From IMG/VR virus record IMGVR_UViG_3300032235_000331, positions 1 to 26,101 of that record: DNA of 26,101 bases. One strand, 5' to 3'. Shown here piece after piece: positions 8,246-17,428 of the stretch. Position numbers and translations under genes: made by a program. A model generated the notes under the pieces. It did no database searches and was not told the origin of the DNA. It was given only the letters and a program-made list of their open reading frames with translations. How positions within the stretch are numbered: position 1 is the first letter of the stretch; each line of letters starts with the position of its first letter. This DNA is from a virus (lineage: Duplodnaviria > Caudoviricetes).

Positions 8246-10924
8246 TCAGCGCAGATACCTCCTTGCTTCACGTTGGACTTTGTCGCTCTGCGCCTGACTG
8301 CCAGTTGGGAGGGACGGCCAGGTGTTTCGCAGCAGTCGGTCGGCAGTGTTGTAGTCACCCCTTCTGATGGCATCTGCCGCACGCTTGTTGTATCGCTGAA
8401 TCCAAGCCCATGACGCCCTGGCCGCTTCCCCGTAGTTGCTCGACCGCGGTGAAATACCACCAGCAGCGGCCGTCGCTTCTGCGTTGAAGGCATTAAAGGC
8501 TTGGAAGTAGCCACGTCCTTCAGAGCCTTCCGAGTTCGGGATGTTGCGAATCCTGGTTTCCAAGTAAGAGAGTCGCTTCATGTAACCGTCGACCCTTTGC
8601 TGTGGCGTGACAGCTGCTCGCGCAGGCGGCCTAGTCGCAGCGGCTGCTGACGGGGTCAGCAGTGAGCCCATCGCAGCAAGCACAGGATTGCCACCACCTT
8701 GCTGCTGTCGTGGCTGGGCGCTCGACAACTTGAGGCTGTTGTCCAGTGCCTTGATGCGCTGCAGCAGCGTCGGATCAATGTCTTCAATCAAGCCGTGCTG
8801 CTTGATTTGCATGATCAAGGCCTCCGACGTCTGCAGTCGATTGGGGCCTGTCGTCAATGCACGCAGCAGGGTGCGCATCTGCGGGCTGGGTTGGCCTCCG
8901 TCGGCCATTGCACTCACCTCTCGCAGCAGCGTGTCCCGATCAAACAAGGGACGGGTTCGGGCCTGGGCCTTGAGCTGAGTCGCCTTGTCGGGGGCGATGT
9001 TGTCGCGGCTGGCCCAGCCGGTGCTGCCTTTGACCAGCTCGTCCAGGCTCTTGTAAGCCTGCTGCTGTGGGCCACGGGGGCGCTCACGCAAGCCGAAGTT
9101 GCGGCCCTTGAAGGCTTCCTCGATTGCTTTGATTGGATCCTTGCCATCCTTCAGCGCCTGAGCGGCAGCATTGCGGCCGACTGCATCCATCTGCTGCTCG
9201 GCATTCACCAATGCGTTCAGCTCAAACCCAGTGATCTGCTGGCCGCCATAGGAATCAGGACTGCCTGAAATCTTCTTCCATTCATCCAGTCGCTGCTTAA
9301 TCTGCGCCTGCCACGCATCGCGATAGCCCTCAACCGTCTTGTTGTCCAAGTTGGCCAGGGTGACCGATTGCGACTTAAAGAACGAATCAGAAACTGCACC
9401 GCTTTGAATGTCCTGATTCAGCTGGGCCTGTAGCTGCTGTCTGGCCTGTGGATCTTGCACTGCCCGCTGGTACTGCGTGGCGTACCACATCTCCCTATTG
9501 CGCTGCTGAGGCTCTGTATATGCAGCAGTCAGCTGATCTTCCCTTGCTTTTACTTGAGCCAATTGCGCGGCTTGTTGCTCTGGGTCCTTTACCGTTTGCA
9601 GAATCTGCTGACGTGCAGCAGTCGCTCCATCGCGGATGGCGGTTGGGTCGTTCGCCGCCGAGTCGGGCATGTACTGCATGGCCAGGGCCTGGCCCCCAAC
9701 TCGACCGGCGACCTCGTCGGCCTGGCGCTGCTGGGCATCCGCTTGCAACACCGCTGTCTGCAGCTTGCCCTCCAGCCTGTCGTAATTCCCCTCTCCGCCA
9801 AGCACATTGATAAGCCTCAGGCTTTCATTGGTCTTGCCATCAGTCGTTACCCGCTCCTTTGCCGGGCCAGTCATCAACTGACGCAGCGGCCACAGGGCGT
9901 CGGTCACGTTTACTGGGCTACCAGGGTTTTGCTTGGCCCATGCCGCAACAGAGTCGGAATACCTGTCGAGCAAGCCATCGCGCAATTTATTTGCTTGCTC
10001 TGTTGGCAGCCCCCTCTCATAGGCTGAATCCAACGCAGTTTGCAAATAGCGAGCGACGTCGCTGTCCGACATCGTCCCTGACATCTTGCCTGCCGCAGCG
10101 GCATCAATGGCCTGCGAACTGGCCGCCACATACCTTTCGACCTTGTAGTTAATGTTTTCCTTTTCATGTTGCACCAACGCTGCGTTTCTGGCGCTAGCCA
10201 TCAATGCTGCGTGCTTGCTGTAAACGCGAGCCGAGACACCACCCTCTGGCATCAACAGCGATTCGACGAGCCCTCTGTATTCAGGCGAATCGGGCTCAAG
10301 CGAAGCCGTGGCAACCTCTCGTCCATCCGCATAGGTGTAGGTCCGCCGATCAGCAATACGACGAGCCAGATCCGCCGCGTTGTTCATGACGGCGGCATCT
10401 TGCGATGCCTCGTTGACGTAGCCCAACATCCCGGGATGTCGTGATGTCATGTACGTCAGCAAGCGACCGGCCCTGGCATCGCCATTCGCCACGGCCCGTT
10501 CGAGCATCCGCTTGGTGTCCATCAGCCCCCGGCTGGGACCAAAGCCAGATTCGTAGTCGGCGATGAACTGCTTGGCCTCCTGCTGTCGCTGCTCGTCCAG
10601 GTCCTTCTGTTGCTGTAGGTAGCTGCTGCCCAGTTGCTGCAACACCGGATTGAATTGGCCCAGGGCCGCGGCCAGCTTCGCCATGTCCTGGCTGGCAGCT
10701 GGCAGTTCAGGCGGAGCAAAAGTGCGAACAGGCCCACCGAGGGTTGGCGCCCCTACCTGCTGAAACGTGCTGACAGGTGCGGCTTGTGGCTGCAGGGTTG
10801 GAACAGTCAGCGACTGTTGGGCCAGGGCGCCACCTGACGCCATCTGCTCTGCTCCACCCAGGAGCCGCTGTGATGTAGCGCGACCTGTCTCGCCGTAGGT
10901 CTGACCGGTAGAGAGCTTGGCCAT
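8246..10924 (-). CDS. Internal virion protein (gp15-like) with probable C-terminal lysozyme-fold peptidoglycan hydrolase
   Basis: 892-aa helical Ala/Gln-rich ORF in the gp15 position. The last ~120 aa contain LSYLET, GRGYFQ and LRNTWPSLP, resembling lambda-R-type muramidases (W[AP]SLP). Confidence 0.8.
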   Translation of the reverse strand: MAKLSTGQTYGETGRATSQRLLGGAEQMASGGALAQQSLTVPTLQPQAAPVSTFQQVGAPTLGGPVRTFAPPELPAASQDMAKLAAALGQFNPVLQQLGSSYLQQQKDLDEQRQQEAKQFIADYESGFGPSRGLMDTKRMLERAVANGDARAGRLLTYMTSRHPGMLGYVNEASQDAAVMNNAADLARRIADRRTYTYADGREVATASLEPDSPEYRGLVESLLMPEGGVSARVYSKHAALMASARNAALVQHEKENINYKVERYVAASSQAIDAAAAGKMSGTMSDSDVARYLQTALDSAYERGLPTEQANKLRDGLLDRYSDSVAAWAKQNPGSPVNVTDALWPLRQLMTGPAKERVTTDGKTNESLRLINVLGGEGNYDRLEGKLQTAVLQADAQQRQADEVAGRVGGQALAMQYMPDSAANDPTAIRDGATAARQQILQTVKDPEQQAAQLAQVKAREDQLTAAYTEPQQRNREMWYATQYQRAVQDPQARQQLQAQLNQDIQSGAVSDSFFKSQSVTLANLDNKTVEGYRDAWQAQIKQRLDEWKKISGSPDSYGGQQITGFELNALVNAEQQMDAVGRNAAAQALKDGKDPIKAIEEAFKGRNFGLRERPRGPQQQAYKSLDELVKGSTGWASRDNIAPDKATQLKAQARTRPLFDRDTLLREVSAMADGGQPSPQMRTLLRALTTGPNRLQTSEALIMQIKQHGLIEDIDPTLLQRIKALDNSLKLSSAQPRQQQGGGNPVLAAMGSLLTPSAAAATRPPARAAVTPQQRVDGYMKRLSYLETRIRNIPNSEGSEGRGYFQAFNAFNAEATAAAGGISPRSSNYGEAARASWAWIQRYNKRAADAIRRGDYNTADRLLRNTWPSLPTGSQAQSDKVQREARRYLR

Positions 10925-10927
10925 GGG

Positions 10928-11686
10928 TTAGTACGCGGGTCCGTAGTAGCCGACTTTGGGCGCTACGCCAGCAGCCTTTGCGACTGGGCCCACTGTCATG
11001 GGCTTTGGCTGGCTCTGCTTCAACTTGTTCATTGTCGACGCAGCACTCATGCCTGTCTGCACGCCTCCCACCACTGCAGCCGCCCCTTGCAGGAGGTAAG
11101 GCGCAGAGCTGGGCGCCGGGGCATAGATCGGCTCCAGCGGATCCAGGATCGGCTGCATCAAGTACGGCTGCTGACTGGCCAGCCTGCTGCCCCTGGTCGC
11201 TGCTGCGCCAACCTTTTGCTGCTGCGTCTGCGCTGTCGTGAACGCCAGGTTGCGTTCGGCCGCATAGTCAAACGAAGCCTGCTGCCTGTAGTAGTCAGCA
11301 ATCAACGCATCGACTGACTGGCCAAGACGACCTGTCGCCCGGATTTCCCCTCGGGCTTCTTGTGCCGCAAGCGCTGCCTTGCGTTGTTGCTGGGCCGTAG
11401 CCTCCTGCTCCTGCATCAACCGCAGGTTGAGTTGGGCGATGTCGTTGGCATAGGCGGTGTCGGCCAGCAGGCGGTTCTGCTCCATCACCGACGCCTGCTG
11501 CTGTTGCTTCAGCTGTTCAAAGCCACGGGCCGAGGAGGCCTGCATCTGCTGAAAGCGATAGGCCTGTTCGGCCTGGGCGTTCTGTTGCGCCGTGTTGGCT
11601 CGCGCCTGCTGATACGAAGCAACGCCTTGAGCGATGCCAAGGCCAGCAGACAAAACGCCAAGCGTGATTGATACGGGTTCACACAT
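10928..11686 (-). CDS. Internal virion protein (gp14-like)
   Basis: MCEPVSITLGVLSAGLG hydrophobic start followed by a Q/A-rich coiled coil; lies downstream of the gp13-like gene. Confidence 0.82.
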   Translation of the reverse strand: MCEPVSITLGVLSAGLGIAQGVASYQQARANTAQQNAQAEQAYRFQQMQASSARGFEQLKQQQQASVMEQNRLLADTAYANDIAQLNLRLMQEQEATAQQQRKAALAAQEARGEIRATGRLGQSVDALIADYYRQQASFDYAAERNLAFTTAQTQQQKVGAAATRGSRLASQQPYLMQPILDPLEPIYAPAPSSAPYLLQGAAAVVGGVQTGMSAASTMNKLKQSQPKPMTVGPVAKAAGVAPKVGYYGPAY

Positions 11687-12152
11687 GACTCATCCTCACG
11701 AACTCCAAAAACGACCTTCCCTCTGCTCCATAGTTTGGATGCTCGGCGATAAAGGTAAAGCCCATCCACCGAAGCCATTTGACGTGGACCACGTTCCGAG
11801 CATCCGCGCAGTTGAACAGCACCTGGTAGCGCTCCCCCACCTTTGCCAAGTATCCCTTGGCTTCACGCAGAAAACGCAACCGGTTGGCTGGGTCGTCGAC
11901 CATCTCGTCGGTGCCCAGCAGCCAGATCCGGCCAACGCCTTCCTCCTGTGGCACGACGCCCCACATGCCCATGGGCTGACCAAGACGGCTGACCATGGTC
12001 ATGCAGGGATCGGACTTGAAGAAGCAGTACATCAATGCCTCGGCAGGGGTCTGCCCACAACCAGCACGGACCTCGTCGGCGTCCTCCTGCCGCATGTTGT
12101 TGGCGACAGGCAAGATGTCCTTCACCGCAGACCGCCTGGTGTGTGGCCTCAC
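11679..12152 (-). CDS. gp13-like internal virion protein A / GNAT-like acetyltransferase fold
   Basis: Motifs MRQEDADEV, GRIWLLGT and LFNCADARNVVHVKWLRWMGF. Likely GTG start at 12152 overlapping the tail tube B stop, rather than 12188. Confidence 0.85.
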   Translation of the reverse strand: MRPHTRRSAVKDILPVANNMRQEDADEVRAGCGQTPAEALMYCFFKSDPCMTMVSRLGQPMGMWGVVPQEEGVGRIWLLGTDEMVDDPANRLRFLREAKGYLAKVGERYQVLFNCADARNVVHVKWLRWMGFTFIAEHPNYGAEGRSFLEFVRMSHV

Positions 12153-14578
12153 ATCCGTCCCGCCCTGGTGTGATACCACCCTTCCCATTCAGCTGATTGC
12201 AATCTGCAGGGTAGGGCGCTGCTGCTTGTGATCTGAATCTTGGCGTCGATGTTCTGGGTCATGACTGGCACCCTGAACTTGCTGTTGCGCAGTCCGATCT
12301 CTCCAAGGCTGATCTCTGCGTCGCCAGGCTCGATGCCGTTGTACGGATAGGTGTAGGTCGTCCTGCCTCGTGGGGTGACCTTCAGTTCAAAGTGCGACGT
12401 CTGGTCGAAGATCATCGTCCAAGTGCGTAGCTGCAACTTGGGCCCTGCCACCACGGCCAGGCCACCGCCTGGGGGCTGCTCTTTCAAATATTGGGTGCTG
12501 AACTCGTAGAGCATGTCGTACAGCTCGCCCACATAGAACTTGGCAGCAGTCAAGTTCCCGCGAACGACCAGGGTGCCATTGCCACCTGCTCCGCCAGTCA
12601 AGGTTTGGCTGATGGGTACAACAAGTTGGCCGTGCTGCAAGCTGTTACCTGCGAATGACCGGCCCACAACGACCATCGTGCTGTCAGCGGCGATGGGATA
12701 GGGCAGTGTGATGGTGCTCTGGACGTCAAGGCCTGCCGGATTGGTCAAAGCCACGGAGCAGGTGGCTTCAGTAATTTTGCGATCCAGCAGGATTTCGACG
12801 GTGGTGCCTGTATCGACGCTCTCCGGCCGCAGGATTGACTTCTCCATGTAGACGCCATCGTTGTACTGGACGACCAGGTACAACTCGCTGTCGACCATGC
12901 TTGCGCCAAGAATGGACTTGGCGCCCTTGACCTCCCAGTAGGACCAGGACGACTGCAGCTTGGTGTCCTGTTGAAACAGGAACTTGTACAGGTAGATCCG
13001 CTTGGGCTGGTCCTTGCTGATCAGCAGGATGCTTTCCTCTGACGCGGAAGCAATCAGGGTCGACAAGTTGCCAGGGACAAACCTGGGCACTGATGCCGTC
13101 ACCTCTTCCGACAGGGGGACTGGGCCGCTGGCATCTGGCAGGAAAAACTCCCGCAAACCAGAGAAGTCACCCTTAGGCACAGAGAAGTAGATCGTTCGGC
13201 CAACACCAACTGGGTCGACCTCAGCCAGCATTTCAAACGTGGTGACAGGCGTAATTGTCGCCGTCTTTGGCGTTAAAGACGTGCCGATATTTGAACCTGA
13301 ATCCAGCCGAAACTGACCGTGGCGACTGAAAAGCAGTAGCACATTGGCAAACGCCAGGCTGCTGACCAGGAAGTTAATTTGTCGACCACCTGTCGTCAGG
13401 TCAATTGGATCGCTATCAACGACCGTCTGCACGGTTTCAGGCCAGAAGCGGTCGTAGCTATCGGCCGCTGACATGATGACGTTCTCATCAGCCAGCAGCG
13501 CCAATCTGTTGCGAAACAAGTTGACGTTTTGAATCTTGCTGCCGACAAATGTTGGCTCTGGTGCTGTGGCGGCATCTCCGGCGACGCGAGCCGACCAATC
13601 AAACTGCTTAAAGACAAAGGTGCCGTCGTCATTGCGGACGAGCACATGTGGCATTGTCGCCGGATCAAACTTGTAAGTAATGCCAGGTCCTACCGTTTCT
13701 TTCCAAACGCCATGGCCGGTGCCGCTGCCTGCGTTAGTGACAAACTTGACGTAGTAATCGTCGGCCCTGGTTGCGGCAGAGCCCTGTATTTTGACGATAA
13801 AACCGTGCTCGGCTCTAATTGGAAGATCTGACAGCCCATCGACAACACCTTTGATCGCGACAATCATGTCGCCGCTGCGGCTATCAAGGGTTGAAAGCGT
13901 GTAATCGCCGCCATCGTTTTTGGCGATCATTACATTGCTTTCGTAGCTGGTCACAGTCCAGCCAGCTCCAAGTGCAGACGACAGGCTGCTGGCAAGCGCA
14001 GCTGCAATGGTGACGACGTTAGGCGTTGCGCCGCCAGAGTTGGCCGTTGTATGGGTGACGGTCGTGCCGTTGACCTTGATGGTGTAAGTCGTGGCGTAAT
14101 CAGCCGACTTGACAAACACCATCGACTTGGTGCCCCAAGTCGGCGACAGGTCGCCGGACCCAGTAAGCATTGAAACCGTCTTTTCCCGATTCACGATGAA
14201 CGTGTAGTCGGCAATTGAGGCAACCCTGAAGATGTTGCTTGGCTCTCCTGCGATGTCCAGATAGCCAACACCATTGGGTGTCGTTACTGTCTTGGCGCTG
14301 CCGTCCAGGCCAAACACCTTGATGGCGTTGTCCTGGATCAGCACCATGTACCGGATGGTTGCATCACGGTCGACGATGGTCGTGAACGGACGCCCAGCCC
14401 CAGCCGATCCGCTGAATAGTTTGCCGATGTTGTAGCAGGGCGGCCGCTTCTTTAGCCCCTCCACCGGGGACGACATGCAGTTGACGACCTGCTCAGCCTG
14501 TGAGGCCAGGCGCAGCGCAGCAGGCTGCTGGCTGACCCCATTGATCAGGTTGGGGATGGAGCTGCTTACAAGTGGCAT
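12149..14578 (-). CDS. Tail tubular protein B (nozzle, gp12-like)
   Basis: 809 aa with MPLVSSSIPNLINGVSQQP, GLKKRPP, TMPHVLVR, FRNRL, DPID and QSSWSYW motifs. Confidence 0.96.
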   Translation of the reverse strand: MPLVSSSIPNLINGVSQQPAALRLASQAEQVVNCMSSPVEGLKKRPPCYNIGKLFSGSAGAGRPFTTIVDRDATIRYMVLIQDNAIKVFGLDGSAKTVTTPNGVGYLDIAGEPSNIFRVASIADYTFIVNREKTVSMLTGSGDLSPTWGTKSMVFVKSADYATTYTIKVNGTTVTHTTANSGGATPNVVTIAAALASSLSSALGAGWTVTSYESNVMIAKNDGGDYTLSTLDSRSGDMIVAIKGVVDGLSDLPIRAEHGFIVKIQGSAATRADDYYVKFVTNAGSGTGHGVWKETVGPGITYKFDPATMPHVLVRNDDGTFVFKQFDWSARVAGDAATAPEPTFVGSKIQNVNLFRNRLALLADENVIMSAADSYDRFWPETVQTVVDSDPIDLTTGGRQINFLVSSLAFANVLLLFSRHGQFRLDSGSNIGTSLTPKTATITPVTTFEMLAEVDPVGVGRTIYFSVPKGDFSGLREFFLPDASGPVPLSEEVTASVPRFVPGNLSTLIASASEESILLISKDQPKRIYLYKFLFQQDTKLQSSWSYWEVKGAKSILGASMVDSELYLVVQYNDGVYMEKSILRPESVDTGTTVEILLDRKITEATCSVALTNPAGLDVQSTITLPYPIAADSTMVVVGRSFAGNSLQHGQLVVPISQTLTGGAGGNGTLVVRGNLTAAKFYVGELYDMLYEFSTQYLKEQPPGGGLAVVAGPKLQLRTWTMIFDQTSHFELKVTPRGRTTYTYPYNGIEPGDAEISLGEIGLRNSKFRVPVMTQNIDAKIQITSSSALPCRLQSAEWEGWYHTRAGRM

Positions 14579-14581
14579 GGC

Positions 14582-15190
14582 TCAACGCTGCAGGGCCCGG
14601 CTGGGCATGTAGGTCATGAATACACCGGTGTGGTTCGGGTTGCCACGCAGCATGTTGGTCTGACTGACGTTGCCCTCTTCTTCCAGGAACAGGGCCCGGG
14701 CTTCAGCTTCAGCTGTGATGTTGATCTTGCTGAGGTCTGCGCTGCCGAGGATTGCTTCCTGTAGGTGCCGGCCAGCCTTGATGGTGATGTACTGCCGAGC
14801 GTGCTCAGGCAGCTCCTCCCACTCCAGGAAGTAGGTGACGTCAGCCTTGAAGGCGTCTGTGAACTGGTACGTCTTGGAACGACGGTCGTAGAGCCTGTCG
14901 CCACGCTGCACGACGTCCAGCGATGGGTAGTTGTAGGGGTCGACCACGACACGGCTGACGTTGGAGCCCACTGGCACCTCTTGCGTCACTGCGTCGGGCA
15001 GCATTTCCCGCTCGTAGTCAGTGTTGAACGACCAGCCGTCCACCTGGACCTTGCGGCTGATGTCGTTGAGCATGTCCTGAGCCTGCTGCGCCAGTCCGAA
15101 CTGGCCGTTGAGGCTATTGACGGGCGCCTCGCCCATCATCTGGAGGACGCGGTTGACCGCTTCCAGGAAGGTGGTGCGAGCAAGTGCCAT
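14582..15190 (-). CDS. Tail tubular protein A (gatekeeper, gp11-like)
   Basis: LEAVNRVLQMMGEAPVNSL, GWSFNT, YITIKAGR; directly downstream of the capsid gene. Confidence 0.96.
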   Translation of the reverse strand: MALARTTFLEAVNRVLQMMGEAPVNSLNGQFGLAQQAQDMLNDISRKVQVDGWSFNTDYEREMLPDAVTQEVPVGSNVSRVVVDPYNYPSLDVVQRGDRLYDRRSKTYQFTDAFKADVTYFLEWEELPEHARQYITIKAGRHLQEAILGSADLSKINITAEAEARALFLEEEGNVSQTNMLRGNPNHTGVFMTYMPSRALQR

Positions 15191-15200
15191 GGATCAGCTC

Positions 15201-15230
15201 AGAAAGGGGAAGGGGCCCCGTAGGGCCCCA
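15201..15230 (-). terminator. T-phi-like hairpin after the capsid gene
   Basis: Minus strand GGGGCCC-TACG-GGGCCCC followed by TTCCCCTTTCT; UNCG loop with a weak U-tract, so probably leaky. Confidence 0.8.
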
Positions 15231-15240
15231 TTGAAACCGC

Positions 15241-16224
15241 TCAGCTGGTAGCGGTGTAGATCTCCACGGCGCAGTCGGGACGCAGGATGTTGGTGCCGAG
15301 AGCCATGGAGGCAACCATGAAGGTGCCTTGCCAGAGGGCGTGGACGTCGGAACCGGTCTGCTCCATCTTGAGATCCATCAGCTTCACGGTGCCGACGGCT
15401 TGCTTGTTGAAGGCAAGGGCGACGGAGTCGGTGAAGTTGGCGGAGTAGTCGTTCTGCTCACCGCTGGCCGCAGAGCGGTTGGTGGTGGGCAGATGGTTCG
15501 ACTTCAGGATGGTGATGCCAGCCACGCGCAGCACGGTGCCGTCGGCATAAGCGCCAGCACCGCCCCAATCGCGGTTGATCACATCGGTGGTCTGGACGAG
15601 CTTGTAATACTCAGCGGGAGCGAGCACGCAGTAGCGGTCGTTCTCGGGGAGGTTGTTCTCGTCCATCTTCTGGGCTGCGCTGAAGAGCGCAGTGGCCAGT
15701 TGGGCACCGGTGATCGCAGCCTTGTTGGTGGCAACGATCTTGATGCGGGTACCACCGGGCAGATCGGTGTTGAAGTTGGTGGCGGTGCGAGCAGCCTTGG
15801 CCACCATGGCCGCAATGTTGCGGTCAAAGGTGTACGCCAGAGCGTTGCCCATCTCGGTGGAGTAGGGCGCCCGAACGTCGTAGTGGTTCTTGGCTTCGTC
15901 GATGTCAGCGATGAAGACGTTGCTGGTCAGCTTGTCGTCGATCTTGATGACAGCTTCAGCGTGCTTCACGCGGCTACCGATCAGCATGGTGCCAGGCGTG
16001 TGATACGCGGCACTGTTCAAGCCGATGATCGGGAAGGATGCACTCTTGCCGTTTGCAATGGTGCGAACGGTGTGCAGGGGTTCAAAGATGGTGGCTTTAC
16101 GGAAGGCGGTCAGCACCTCGCCGGCAAAGATCTGGAGGAACAGGTTGTTGTCCTGTGCCCAAGAGCCGTCAGTGGTCGTGTTGACGACGCCAAGACGAGA
16201 GGCGTCAAAATTAGGGGCAGCCAT
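15241..16224 (-). CDS. Major capsid protein (gp10-like)
   Basis: LFLQIFAGEVLTAF, RTIANGKSASFP, IDEAKNHYDVRAPYSTEMGNALA and LRPDCAVEI motifs; AGGAG RBS upstream. Confidence 0.98.
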   Translation of the reverse strand: MAAPNFDASRLGVVNTTTDGSWAQDNNLFLQIFAGEVLTAFRKATIFEPLHTVRTIANGKSASFPIIGLNSAAYHTPGTMLIGSRVKHAEAVIKIDDKLTSNVFIADIDEAKNHYDVRAPYSTEMGNALAYTFDRNIAAMVAKAARTATNFNTDLPGGTRIKIVATNKAAITGAQLATALFSAAQKMDENNLPENDRYCVLAPAEYYKLVQTTDVINRDWGGAGAYADGTVLRVAGITILKSNHLPTTNRSAASGEQNDYSANFTDSVALAFNKQAVGTVKLMDLKMEQTGSDVHALWQGTFMVASMALGTNILRPDCAVEIYTATS

Positions 16225-16352
16225 TGCTGGTCTCCTAGAGAAGTTGGGTTGATTTCCCCGACCTCTATCTCCCTTTCACTCAGGGTGTCCTCCGCAGAGG
16301 GCCGTCGCTTCCGTGAGCGGGTCTAGGTAGTGGAAGTGTAGACACACTCTGG
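16225..16352 (-). promoter_or_regulatory. Capsid promoter region and structured 5' leader with RBS
   Basis: AGTGTGTCTACACT (TAnnnT -10-like), then a nested hairpin GCTCA...GG-C-CCTC-TGCG-GAGG-ACA-CC...TGAGT, then TAGGAGA just before the ATG. Confidence 0.55.
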
Positions 16353-16355
16353 ACC

Positions 16356-16386
16356 AAAGAAAAAGCCCCCTGGTCAAGGGAGCTTT
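16356..16386 (-). terminator. Rho-independent terminator after the scaffold gene
   Basis: Minus strand AAAGCTCCCT-TGACC-AGGGGGCTTT-TTCTTT. Confidence 0.8.
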
Positions 16387-16400
16387 GGGGTCCTCTGCAA

Positions 16401-17240
16401 TCAGAAAATAGAGCTTCTGGAGAGCTTGGCCTGAATCTTCCGTCTGTATGCAGGATCCTCGTGGTAGCGAGGGTCTTGCATCGCGGTCACGAGCTGAGCA
16501 GTGGACTCGAACTTGTCGACATCACCCTTGGGGGCACGACCACCCAGCAGCTTGGGTTCACGACCAGCAGTGCCGGCGTACTTGGCGTGCAGGCCAGAGA
16601 TAGCCATCCGCACGGCAGACATGCTGCTGTTGCCGGTGACGATCTCATTGAAGCCTTTGATCTCCTCTGTGCTGAGGTTCTCGGCCGCCCACTGCAGCAT
16701 CTCGGCGTAGCCCTTCTCGCCGCCGTACTCGGTCTTAATGGAGTTGATCTCCTTGACCGTGAGAGCAGTGTCTTGGGCCGCCTTGTACTGCAGGCCAGAC
16801 AGGTAGGCGTCGACCATGTCGCGACCGAAGCCAGCCTCTTGCAGCTGGTCGTAGTCCTCGCTGGTCAACTCACCCGTCTGTTGCCAGCGGGTGTTCATAT
16901 CCGAGAAGTCGATGCCCGTCTCCTCGAGACGAGAGCCGATGAACTCGCCGTAGATCTCCTTGGCATTGCCGGACTGGGGCTCTTTGGCCTCGTCAGGCTC
17001 GTCCTCGACCTCCTCGACGTCGTCGTCAGCCTCTGTTGCCGAGCCTTGGCTCAGCTTGCGCTGGGCTTCCTGGTACGCCTTCTCCAGTTCCTCGACGGAC
17101 TTGTACTTGCCGGCCAGGAGCTGTTGTTCACCTTGTTCTTCTGCTTGCTCTTCGCCCTGCTGGAGGGCTTGGAGCATTTGTTCATTGTCTGCGGAAAGGG
17201 CTGGGGTCGACTGCTCTGTGATGGTGATGGCGTCAGGCAT
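16401..17240 (-). CDS. Capsid assembly scaffolding protein (gp9-like)
   Basis: Acidic protein with LLAGKYKSVEELEKAYQE, GGEKGYAEMLQWAAENLS and AMQDPRYHEDPAYR. Confidence 0.96.
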   Translation of the reverse strand: MPDAITITEQSTPALSADNEQMLQALQQGEEQAEEQGEQQLLAGKYKSVEELEKAYQEAQRKLSQGSATEADDDVEEVEDEPDEAKEPQSGNAKEIYGEFIGSRLEETGIDFSDMNTRWQQTGELTSEDYDQLQEAGFGRDMVDAYLSGLQYKAAQDTALTVKEINSIKTEYGGEKGYAEMLQWAAENLSTEEIKGFNEIVTGNSSMSAVRMAISGLHAKYAGTAGREPKLLGGRAPKGDVDKFESTAQLVTAMQDPRYHEDPAYRRKIQAKLSRSSIF

Positions 17241-17248
17241 GGAAGCGT

Positions 17249-17428
17249 TCAGCGGATGGTGATGGAACCGTCTTCGTCGGTTTCAACGACAGGAGTGGGA
17301 GCGGGTTCGGGGGTGGGCTTGGCGTCCACCTGACCGATCACGATCTCCTCAGTGGGGCCTTGCTCGGGAACGTCAGCCAGTGGGCCCTGCAGGGAGACCG
17401 GGCTGGGATTGGGCTGCGGGGAGGGCAT
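17249..17428 (-). CDS. Small acidic Pro-rich hypothetical protein
   Basis: MPSPQPNP...DEDGSITIR fills the portal-scaffold gap and overlaps the portal end; start is uncertain (17428 or 17482). Confidence 0.55.
   Translation of the reverse strand: MPSPQPNPSPVSLQGPLADVPEQGPTEEIVIGQVDAKPTPEPAPTPVVETDEDGSITIR

Noticed and set aside
15191-15300. T7 gp10B-style capsid frameshift extension
   Set aside because: No slippery sequence before the stop, and only 50 nt separate it from the tail tube A gene.
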